From Aquifex aeolicus (GTDB lineage Bacteria; Aquificota; Aquificia; Aquificales; Aquificaceae): DNA of 35,248 bases. The DNA lies in contig DRNB01000008.1 in assembly GCA_011375045.1 (NCBI GenBank), positions 1 through 35,248 on the forward strand, written 5' to 3'. The notes below the pieces were generated by a model. It was not told the DNA's origin, searched no databases, and saw nothing but the letters and a program-made list of their open reading frames with translations. The position numbers and the translations under genes were made by a program. Shown one piece after another: positions 1 to 7,353 of this stretch. How positions within the stretch are numbered: position 1 is the stretch's first letter; each line of letters starts with the position of its first letter.

Positions 1-494
1 AGGAGTATGGATTTGGCTTTCTTGAGGGCAAGCCTTAGCTTGCCCTGAATGCCTGCTGCGAATGTGGAATCCTTACCAAGGAGGAGCCTTTCTATTTCCT
101 TTTTCATTTCTGGATTTGCATCTATGAACTGGAGAACGAGTGCAGTGTGTTTGCAGTGTGGCTCTCCCTTAGCGTAGTTACGCCAGAACCAACACTGCGA
201 CTCTTCATAGCCAAGCTCCTGGCAGTAACTATCGCCACACCAAATATGGAATTTTCCATCCTTTGGATTTAAGCCTATGAGGACATTATGGTATTCTCCG
301 TTCGATACGTTTTTTACTCTGAAAAGGACAGCTTTTGTCGTGTAACCGTTTCCATCTTCTTTGTCTTTCCAGATATAGGGGTCTATAAGAATTCCCCAGC
401 TCTCGGTTCTTGCTAATTCAGCAGTTTTGGAGAGATCTCCTTTAAATCTGCACAGGCTGTAAACTTCCCCAACTTCTTCCCAGAGATTCCTCAT
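1..494 (-). CDS. N-terminal part of a protein with a SWIM-like Zn finger, probably followed by an AAA ATPase domain (runs off the window edge)
   Basis: Translated by hand (absent from the ORF track): MRNLWEEVGE...WCGDSYC...QCWFWRNYAKGEPHCKHTALVL...KLRLALKKAKSILL. SD AGGAGGAGGT upstream. CKH plus a hydrophobic helix is SWIM-like. The ending 'ALKKAKSILL' resembles the strand before Walker A in MoxR/CbbQ ATPases (inference). Confidence 0.7.
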   Translation of the reverse strand, partial: MRNLWEEVGEVYSLCRFKGDLSKTAELARTESWGILIDPYIWKDKEDGNGYTTKAVLFRVKNVSNGEYHNVLIGLNPKDGKFHIWCGDSYCQELGYEESQCWFWRNYAKGEPHCKHTALVLQFIDANPEMKKEIERLLLGKDSTFAAGIQGKLRLALKKAKSIL

Positions 495-521
495 GACACT
501 TACCTCCTCCTGACATATTAA

Positions 522-550
522 ATTATACCATATTTAGCGTGGCATATCAA
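522..550 (-). promoter_or_regulatory. sigma70 promoter TTGATA-17-TATAAT with extended -10 TG
   Basis: Minus strand reads ttgata tgccacgctaaatatgg tataat, 28 nt upstream of the ATG at 494. Confidence 0.8.
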
Positions 551-553
551 ACA

Positions 554-736
554 CTAAGATTCAGCCCGGCATGAAGGGCAGATTCCTTCTTCGGTGGTAA
601 TTGATTTACAGCACTCAGGATCGTCATCAGTATCTCGGCATCGGAGCTGATGGATTTCTACAATACCCTTATCCACGAGGATTTTAAGATCCTCCTCCGA
701 GTAAAAATGTCCGCAGAGAACACACTTTCCCTTCAT
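554..736 (-). CDS. Small Cys-rich Zn-ribbon protein (60 aa)
   Basis: CVLC...C...CC...CPSC; SD AAGGAGGTG before the ATG. Confidence 0.75.
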   Translation of the reverse strand: MKGKCVLCGHFYSEEDLKILVDKGIVEIHQLRCRDTDDDPECCKSITTEEGICPSCRAES

Positions 737-944
737 GGCTGCACACCTCCTTTGAAGTTTTCAAAGTGGCTCGGGACTCTCGGGTCCCGAATTCAGAAAT
801 ACAGACTGCGGCGGTTGAAGATTTACCTCATTTTTCTACCTCCTCACGAGGATTTCCCCTTACACGGGGATACAGATGCCGGATCCTTAAAAAGAACCCA
901 GAACCTGTATCCCAGAGAAAAGGAATGGGGCGGGGAGCCCCCGC

Positions 945-1193
945 TTAAGAATACCCCAGGACTTTTTCAAGCTCACAGAACAGACAAAAATGTACCCAAG
1001 AAAAGCCCCTTCCAGGAGCATAATGGATTGCATTTTCGCTGTATTTTCCAAGTATTTCGATTACTTTTCTTTCAACTTCGTTTCTGGGTTTGCTCTCTGG
1101 GGTAAGCTTTCTTTTTTCTCCATTTTCATATTCAAGGTTCACAATAGGAGTAAAGCCATCCAGCCTGCTTTTCCACTTTCTTACCTTTGTCAT
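945..1193 (-). CDS. Hypothetical protein (82 aa)
   Basis: Start reassigned to the ATG at 1193 (MTKVRKW...) behind SD AAGGAGGT, which overlaps the upstream stop codon. Confidence 0.7.
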   Translation of the reverse strand: MTKVRKWKSRLDGFTPIVNLEYENGEKRKLTPESKPRNEVERKVIEILGKYSENAIHYAPGRGFSWVHFCLFCELEKVLGYS

Positions 1194-1197
1194 GCTG

Positions 1198-1461
1198 TTA
1201 CCTCCTTCCTTCAGGTTCAACAACCTCTGCTTTCTCCGGGTATAGTTTCCGTGCAGGGATAAACTGAACAACGTATTCCGTTTTCAGCACAAGTATTTCC
1301 TTCGCTTCAGGTTCATGTCTGAGACAGTTGTCCGCTATGTCTTCGGGAAGACTTCCTGTTTCATAAAAAAGAAGAACCCTTTTTTCCCCACATGTAGTAG
1401 TAATTACCGCTATATAACGAGGAGCTTTTTCCCCATCAGCTAAACCCGGTGTTATCCACAT
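1198..1461 (-). CDS. Hypothetical protein (87 aa)
   Basis: Start reassigned to the ATG at 1461 (MWITPG...) behind GGGAGGTGTGTCATG. Confidence 0.7.
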   Translation of the reverse strand: MWITPGLADGEKAPRYIAVITTTCGEKRVLLFYETGSLPEDIADNCLRHEPEAKEILVLKTEYVVQFIPARKLYPEKAEVVEPEGRR

Positions 1462-1531
1462 GACACACCTCCCATACCCCGACGGGACAGGCATGAAAGC
1501 CTGAAAACCCCGTCGGAAAACCGGTGATTGT

Positions 1532-1553
1532 TAAAAAGGAGAGAAACCTCTCT
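1532..1553 (-). terminator. Probable intrinsic terminator
   Basis: Minus strand GAGAG-GTTT-CTCTC then CTTTTT, just after the stop of the 1563-1991 gene. Confidence 0.45.
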
Positions 1554-1562
1554 TTCACCTCC

Positions 1563-1991
1563 TTAAGCAACTGCTTTTTTCTTCACAGCCCTCTTGCGGG
1601 ATTTGAGGTAGTCAATGAGCACGGAAGCGTCTTTTCTCGTTGCAGGTATGGAATACTTCTCCCCGAGTTCTTTCATGAGGGACAGAAGCAGCCTTCTCTG
1701 TTTTTCGGTGATGGGCTTCTCCGTTTCCGTTCCCGTCCCCGCAAGAGGTATAACTCTGACTTTTCCCTTCCTCATGAGGTCCAGGGTGGCTTTTACCAGA
1801 GACCACGTTCCCCTGTAGAGGGAACCGTGATCATCCACCCTGACCTCCTTTAAAAACCCCTCCTCCGAGAGCCTGCCTCCTTTGATCTTGAGGAAAGTAG
1901 GACGTCTATCAAGGGAACAGGCTTTGAAATCGTTGAGATCGTGGTTCGGAGAAAGGGGAGGGCAGAGTATTTGGACATAATACTCCTTCAT
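1563..1991 (-). CDS. Hypothetical protein with a small C-terminal helical domain (DUF3072-like)
   Basis: 142 aa, strong SD; C-terminus PITEKQRRLLLSL...TRKDASVLIDYL matches the T.KQ...L..L...T+.EAS.LI pattern. Confidence 0.7.
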   Translation of the reverse strand: MKEYYVQILCPPLSPNHDLNDFKACSLDRRPTFLKIKGGRLSEEGFLKEVRVDDHGSLYRGTWSLVKATLDLMRKGKVRVIPLAGTGTETEKPITEKQRRLLLSLMKELGEKYSIPATRKDASVLIDYLKSRKRAVKKKAVA

Positions 1992-2029
1992 GACACATAC
2001 CTCCTCGGAAGTTGGAAAGTTGAAGGAAA

Positions 2030-2087
2030 TTAAGCGGAATTTGGTGGAGTTAGCGAGATTTTAGCGTAGATTGGTAGAATTAGTGGG
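2030..2087. repeat. Six degenerate tandem ~10-bp units (TTRGYG core)
   Basis: ttaagcggaa tttggtggag ttagcgagat tttagcgtag attggtagaa ttagtggg. Confidence 0.5.
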
Positions 2088-2310
2088 CAGGAAGTATAAT
2101 CACGGTAAACTCGTCTGTGTCAATTCCTTTCTTTACAAGCTCAAGTTCCAGTTCCCTTGCCTTTTTTAGAGATCTGAGGTTCGTGAATACCCTTACAAGT
2201 ATACCCTCTTCTCCGAAGTCAGAAACGACCACATCCTTTACCTTTATCCCTTTCTCGGAAAGAAAGTTTTTGAGCTGTTCTACTCTTTTATCCACATCCG
2301 CAACCTTCAT
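2080..2310 (-). CDS. Small HEPN-partner protein, possibly a degenerate MNT-fold antitoxin
   Basis: 76 aa, overlaps the HEPN stop (ATGA). Alpha-beta-beta-alpha-beta pattern like a minimal nucleotidyltransferase, but no GS..D.D motif. Confidence 0.6.
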   Translation of the reverse strand: MKVADVDKRVEQLKNFLSEKGIKVKDVVVSDFGEEGILVRVFTNLRSLKKARELELELVKKGIDTDEFTVIILPAH

Positions 2311-2666
2311 CTTCCTACCTCCCTTAAAACTAATTTAGCCAACTGGAGAGCGTTTTTGTAGTCCGAGTATGTGAAGGGCTTGTCTATATCGTAGTCTGCG
2401 AAGGTTCTGAGTTTGTGGAGTTTTCCCATCCATATTCCCGCCTTAGGTATTCTGTTGCTCAGAAGCGTTCTCACCGTTTCGTGAACCCTGTAGTTCCTGT
2501 TTACTCTTACTCCGCCTTCCTCAAGGAAGGCTATCACTTCATGCAGGACTCCGTAGTAGAGGGTGCTAACCGCTCTCCTGAGCCATACCTCCCTCATCAC
2601 ATTTGCTTCCGTTCTTGCTGCTAACTCCATTCTCTTTGCTAATCGGACATAATCTCTTCCCCTCAT
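2307..2666 (-). CDS. HEPN domain protein (UPF0332-like)
   Basis: RRAVSTLYYGVLH...H...LHKLRTFADYD matches the A.SR.YY...H and R..ADY HEPN motifs. Confidence 0.85.
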   Translation of the reverse strand: MRGRDYVRLAKRMELAARTEANVMREVWLRRAVSTLYYGVLHEVIAFLEEGGVRVNRNYRVHETVRTLLSNRIPKAGIWMGKLHKLRTFADYDIDKPFTYSDYKNALQLAKLVLREVGR

Positions 2667-2684
2667 GACTTTCCTCCTCAGAAA

Positions 2685-2706
2685 GGGACGGGGAAAGCCC
2701 CGTCCC
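2685..2706 (-). terminator. Perfect 9-bp GC hairpin between the DUF932-like gene and HEPN (terminator or stabiliser)
   Basis: gggacgggg-aaag-ccccgtccc; followed by only TTTC on the minus strand. Confidence 0.55.
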
Positions 2707-2714
2707 GAAGAAGG

Positions 2715-3563
2715 TCAAGCGGATTTCTTGAGTTTCATGCGTTCAAGGGCTTCCCGTAGGCGTAAGACTTCCCGTATTACCGTCCCTGTGTATCTCTCTA
2801 TGCGGTCTCGTATTCTCCTGTATCCGTATCCTTTCTCAGGGAAGGGTTCGGTCTCTCGGATAAGGTGAAGAACAAAGTCATAGAGGTTTCCGTATTTCTT
2901 TAGCTTCCTGTAAAGGGCTTCGCCTACGGGATCTACCTCCTCCTTCTTGAGGGAGCCGTTCTCATACTCCCTCCTGACCACCTTGAGGCTCTTTACAAAC
3001 TCAAGGTAGCCGAGGGGAACGGCTTCCCTCTTCAGCTTCGGAAGAACTGAGGGGATGGTCTTTGCGAAGTTCCATGTCTCCTCAAGGGCTTCACGGGTGA
3101 GGAGTGGTCCGTTCGTTGCCCTGTGGGGATACCAGATTGCATCTTTGAAGGTGGGCATATATACCTCACCCACCTTCACATAGATGTCTACCGCAAACGC
3201 TCCATTCCTGTAAGAGTTTCTGAGGAGGAGATAGGCTTCTTGGTCTTTCAGTGTTCCCTGTGCCCTGAAGTCCGTTCCCGTTTTGAAAACGGACACCTCA
3301 AATCCCGCATCCCTCATCTCCCGCTCTAAACGGGAGTGGGGGATTAGGTAATACTCCTGGCTTACGACCCTGATGGGTCTAATCTTCCTCTCCCTGACCC
3401 CTTTGACTTCTCTCTCCCATGAAAGGCAAAGGAGATCTCTCTCCACATATACCCCTTTATAACTGAGGGGTATTCTGAATATCTGGTAGCCATATTCGGC
3501 TACCTCTGGTTTCCTGCCTTTAAGGGCAGGAACGAGCTTTGGCTGGACGTCTGTCTTCCACAT
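2715..3563 (-). CDS. DUF932/DUF945-like protein, common in conjugative leading regions
   Basis: VVSQEYYLIPH...AGF...YLLLRNSY..GAF resembles the VVS..Y..V.N / YLLL.NS.DG pattern; strong SD. Confidence 0.6.
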   Translation of the reverse strand: MWKTDVQPKLVPALKGRKPEVAEYGYQIFRIPLSYKGVYVERDLLCLSWEREVKGVRERKIRPIRVVSQEYYLIPHSRLEREMRDAGFEVSVFKTGTDFRAQGTLKDQEAYLLLRNSYRNGAFAVDIYVKVGEVYMPTFKDAIWYPHRATNGPLLTREALEETWNFAKTIPSVLPKLKREAVPLGYLEFVKSLKVVRREYENGSLKKEEVDPVGEALYRKLKKYGNLYDFVLHLIRETEPFPEKGYGYRRIRDRIERYTGTVIREVLRLREALERMKLKKSA

Positions 3564-3809
3564 GACACCAACCTCCTTTACCCCACGTGGCCGGGTATGA
3601 AAACCCGTAAGCCCTTGAGGCGGGCTAACCCGTGGGAAACAAAGATTTCTCCGATTTCTCCACGAAGTGGAGACACAAACCCGGGGGCAGAAGAAAGAAA
3701 AAGGAAGGAAAGGGGAGAAAGGGGAGGTTGGGCTTCTATTTTGTTTCTACCCTCGGGTCTGGTCTCTTCCCAAGGAATTCAGCTTTTTAAGGAGTTTTCG
3801 CTTTACCTT

Positions 3810-3838
3810 AAAATAGTTGCTTTTTTACAATATGTCAA
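3810..3838 (-). promoter_or_regulatory. Leftward promoter TTGACA-17-TATTTT for the small-gene arm
   Basis: Minus strand ttgaca tattgtaaaaaagcaac tatttt; spacer nearly identical to that of the traA promoter. Confidence 0.7.
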
Positions 3839-3845
3839 GTATCTT
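3817..3845 (+). promoter_or_regulatory. Overlapping rightward promoter TTGCTT-17-TATCTT for traF-traH
   Basis: ttgctt ttttacaatatgtcaag tatctt, about 12 nt before the traF start. Confidence 0.5.
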
Positions 3846-3856
3846 ATAAGTGATAA

Positions 3857-4645
3857 GTGATGGTAATGGGAGTGTTTCTTTTTCTCCTTACAGGGGTTGT
3901 TTTTGCAAGCACTTGCGAGATCAAGTATTTCTTTAAAGACAGGGAAAGGGGGTGGTTCTGGAGGAACCTGTGTATTGAGGAGGAGAGGAAAGGCGGGAAA
4001 AAGAAGGAGGGAAAGGATCTCACTGTGAAGATTCCCTGGGACAGGCTGGATGAGATGAAGCCTTCCGAGATAAGGAAGCTGAGGGAAGAAGCTCTTGAGA
4101 TAGCGGTAGCGAATCCGACCTACGAGAATGTCAGGGAGCTGTACAGGCTTCACGTGTGGATGCTCAGGAAGTCTGAGAGGTTCCAGAGGACAGCTGATCT
4201 TGTGGTAATGACCGATCCTGTTGTTGCGGGTTTTGTGGGAAAGGTAGCGGATGCAAAACCTGCAAGGGTTGCACATCTGTCTGCCAGACGGGATGAGATG
4301 TACAGAAAGGTGGTTTCTTACAGGAAAAGAGCCGGGCTTCTGATTGCTGTTACGAACACATGTCCCTACTGCAGGGCGTTGAAGGATATGATACGTCTGT
4401 ATTTTCTTCCGAGAACAGGCTGGAGTGTGAAGTATATAGACATAGAAAAGAATCCCGGTTTTGCAAGGAACCTGCAGGTATATACCGTTCCGGACATTTT
4501 TCTGGCAGTGATGGGGGAGAAGCCTTTTATTCTCAGGATTGCGACGGGGTTTGTAAGCTACGAAACGCTTATAGAAAGGATATACACGGGGCTTGAGATA
4601 TATGAGAAGGGAGGATTGAAATATGAAGAGGTTTCTGCTCAGTAG
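3857..4645 (+). CDS. traF: F-type conjugal transfer protein TraF (thioredoxin-like)
   Basis: Signal peptide, FFKDRERGWFW motif, A+..PT.ENV..Y helix, CPYC thioredoxin fold; upstream of traH. Confidence 0.9.
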   Translation: MMVMGVFLFLLTGVVFASTCEIKYFFKDRERGWFWRNLCIEEERKGGKKKEGKDLTVKIPWDRLDEMKPSEIRKLREEALEIAVANPTYENVRELYRLHVWMLRKSERFQRTADLVVMTDPVVAGFVGKVADAKPARVAHLSARRDEMYRKVVSYRKRAGLLIAVTNTCPYCRALKDMIRLYFLPRTGWSVKYIDIEKNPGFARNLQVYTVPDIFLAVMGEKPFILRIATGFVSYETLIERIYTGLEIYEKGGLKYEEVSAQ

Positions 4646-5996
4646 CATGCTTTTTCTGGTTTCAGGTTTTGCAGGTGAGGTTGATCAGTTTCTTGAAAGT
4701 CTCGGGGTTACCCTTTCTTCGGGATATTCGGTTGAAGCTCAGAAGAGGGGTTATTATTTTGGAGGAGGAGCAGTTTACCGGGCACCTTCGGCAACCTTCC
4801 AGCCTTTTCAGGTGGTTCCACCCTCCATAAATGCTGGATGTGGGGGTATAGATCTTGCGTTTGGTTCTTTTGCTTACTTCAAACCTGAATACTTTATAGA
4901 ATTTGCTCAGAAGGTAATAACTAACGCTCCCGGTTTTGCTTTCGACATAGCTCTTGACATCATGTGTCCTCAGTGTTCTTCTGTTATGAAGAAGCTTACC
5001 GCTCTTGCCAATCAGATAAACGCCATGTCTCTCAACTCCTGTCAGCTGCTTGCTAACCTGTCCAACAGAATAAAGTCCGAGGTATTAAACAATAAGGTAG
5101 CGGGAGGGGGATCCGACAGCTGGCTCAGTGCGGTTGATTCGACTCTCAGCAGCTGGACTGATATGATGTCAGAATTTAGCAGTTATCTTGCCAATTTGGG
5201 GTGCACCGGTCCGGACTGTTATCTTTTCGCAGGATACAGGAGCATAGCCGACAGGTTTACGGATGAAGTTTCCTCCACCTATCCTTACTGGGATACTACA
5301 AGCCTCAAGTTTTTTGTGAGGGCTCTTTTCGGGGACGTAATAAAGATAAGTGATTCTCCTCCCTATTCGTATGTATGTGTAGCGCCGGTTGCTGAGGTAG
5401 ATGATGTGTTAAAACTTGCAGAGGAAAGCGGTTCTGTGGAACTACCAGGTTACAACGACAGCGGTAACTTTGAATCAGTTTCTTTACAGAGCATAAAGGA
5501 TTATGTCCACTCAACCCTTGATTCCATCGTTACCAAGATGATTAACAGGCAGCCTCTAACCGCTTCAGATTTTGAGTTTCTTGCAAGATATGACATACCT
5601 GCTCTGGGGCTGCTTCGTCTTCTGTCGCCTTCCCCTTCGGCTCTTCTTGCAGTTCAAAGCAGTCTTGAAGAGTATCTTGCGTATGAACTGACATATCAAT
5701 TCATAGCTGGACTTTACACGGAATATGCGAAGTTGATAAATAAAGCGAGGAATCTGAAAAAGTATGCTCCTGATATGGAAAAGGAGTTTGTTAGTTGTGT
5801 GGAGGATTTTCTGGATACCGGTAAGTCAAGGAAGTTTATGGAAAAGCTCTGGAACAGCACAAACAGGAGGAAGGAGGCTCTGGTGCGGAAGCTCAGGTTT
5901 GCTCTCGACCTGTATGAGATGGAGAGGGTTGTTTATTCGAGATTTTCCCGTCATCCGCTCATGGCGAGTTATGTATTCGGGAGTGTGGCGAAATAA
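4623..5996 (+). CDS. traH: Pilus assembly protein TraH
   Basis: QKRGYYFGG, PPSINAGCGGID..GSF, AF.IAL..MCPQC, NSCQ motifs. Confidence 0.93.
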   Translation: MKRFLLSSMLFLVSGFAGEVDQFLESLGVTLSSGYSVEAQKRGYYFGGGAVYRAPSATFQPFQVVPPSINAGCGGIDLAFGSFAYFKPEYFIEFAQKVITNAPGFAFDIALDIMCPQCSSVMKKLTALANQINAMSLNSCQLLANLSNRIKSEVLNNKVAGGGSDSWLSAVDSTLSSWTDMMSEFSSYLANLGCTGPDCYLFAGYRSIADRFTDEVSSTYPYWDTTSLKFFVRALFGDVIKISDSPPYSYVCVAPVAEVDDVLKLAEESGSVELPGYNDSGNFESVSLQSIKDYVHSTLDSIVTKMINRQPLTASDFEFLARYDIPALGLLRLLSPSPSALLAVQSSLEEYLAYELTYQFIAGLYTEYAKLINKARNLKKYAPDMEKEFVSCVEDFLDTGKSRKFMEKLWNSTNRRKEALVRKLRFALDLYEMERVVYSRFSRHPLMASYVFGSVAK

Positions 5997-6019
5997 AAAC
6001 TTTTTGGAGGAAGCGGATC

Positions 6020-6757
6020 ATGGTTGAAGTTTATCCTCATGTTTTTGAGTTTACGGTGGCCAGGGGAAGCATTCTGTTTGACTTTAGTCAGGAAAGGGTT
6101 GTTCTCAGGCTGGATGAAGGAGAGGAAAAGGAATTTCCTGCTCCCGTTAATCTTCACAATTTCTGTGTTGTTGCAGGAGGAATTCTTTACCGGAAGGCAA
6201 TTGTTCGCAAGCAGGTGTTTTTTACGGGAAAACCGGGAGAGAGAAAGGTAATAGAAATAAGAGGAAGTCTTTACAGAAAAAGGAAGGAGGAAGAACAGAA
6301 GGAGGAACAGGAGTTTCAGGAGGGACAGGAGCAGAGGAACAGACAGGAGGGAGTATGGCCGAGAGCTTTTATCACCTTCATAGACGAAACCGAGAACTTT
6401 AAGAGAACTTTTCTGCTCAACATTTTCAATCTTTATGCTCTGTGGGAGCTTTTCAGGGTGCAGGACAAGGTGGTAAGTGTGGATGATCTTGTTTTTGAGA
6501 GAAAGGAAGGAAGTGTGTTCATACAGGGGGTTCCTCTTCCCTTTCAGAAGGCAAAGGCTCTTTTCTATGCCTTGGATCTGTATCTGAGAACCGGTCAGAT
6601 CCCCGGTATCAATCAGGACTGGGAGTATGGGAAGCTGATGCTCTGGAATTCGAAAAAGAGGCTGGACTTTTTCAAGAAGAATGGTAATGTCCTGGTGCCT
6701 TCCGGGGTGGTGGGAATCAATGCGGACAATGCTTTGAGAATAATGAGCGTTCTCTGA
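6020..6757 (+). CDS. Hypothetical protein (245 aa)
   Basis: SD GGAGGA, in operon with the flanking genes; no recognised motif. Confidence 0.75.
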   Translation: MVEVYPHVFEFTVARGSILFDFSQERVVLRLDEGEEKEFPAPVNLHNFCVVAGGILYRKAIVRKQVFFTGKPGERKVIEIRGSLYRKRKEEEQKEEQEFQEGQEQRNRQEGVWPRAFITFIDETENFKRTFLLNIFNLYALWELFRVQDKVVSVDDLVFERKEGSVFIQGVPLPFQKAKALFYALDLYLRTGQIPGINQDWEYGKLMLWNSKKRLDFFKKNGNVLVPSGVVGINADNALRIMSVL

Positions 6758-7353
6758 TGCTGGGAACGACTTCGGAGCTTATTTTTTCCATTCTTCCCGA
6801 ACTGAGCACGAATGACAGGATAAAGATGCTTGATGTTCTGGTTCCTGTTCTGAAGGAGCAGGAGAAGGATACTGAAAAGAGGGAGAAGATTTCAAAGAAG
6901 GCTTTTCTGGACAGAGGGTATCATTTCGGCTCCAAGAATTTTGAAGGAAGCGACATTCTGCGGAATGCGGTAAGAATAAGACTGGCGGATTACGCTGCCG
7001 GGGTTTCTCTTAAAGAGACTGCTCCTGTTCCCGAAGGCTGGTTTATTGTCGAGACCGTAATGAAATCTCTCGGGAAGGAGGAGCTGTATATCAGGATCGG
7101 GGGTCTTGTGCTGATGAAGGTGGGAGATCTCTGCAGAATTACTTACGGATACTATTATGTGGACATACCTCCCGAGGAAAGGGTAAAAATCTCCTCTGCA
7201 ATAGACAGGAGGCTTTACTACAGAAACGATGAACTCGGGGTTCTGGTAAGAAACGACGGAAGCGTGTTTCTGTTTACAAATCTCGGGGACAGGGTTCACG
7301 TGAAGGAGCCTTACAGGCTGATGATCTTTTTGAGGGTGGGATGCTATGAGTGA
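6757..7353 (+). CDS. Hypothetical protein (198 aa)
   Basis: TGATG coupling to the upstream gene. Confidence 0.75.
   Translation: MLGTTSELIFSILPELSTNDRIKMLDVLVPVLKEQEKDTEKREKISKKAFLDRGYHFGSKNFEGSDILRNAVRIRLADYAAGVSLKETAPVPEGWFIVETVMKSLGKEELYIRIGGLVLMKVGDLCRITYGYYYVDIPPEERVKISSAIDRRLYYRNDELGVLVRNDGSVFLFTNLGDRVHVKEPYRLMIFLRVGCYE

Noticed and set aside
2030-2087. CRISPR array
   Set aside because: Units are 10 bp, degenerate and have no spacers.
3579-3640. Hammerhead ribozyme (three-way junction, GAAA)
   Set aside because: No CUGANGA core on either strand.
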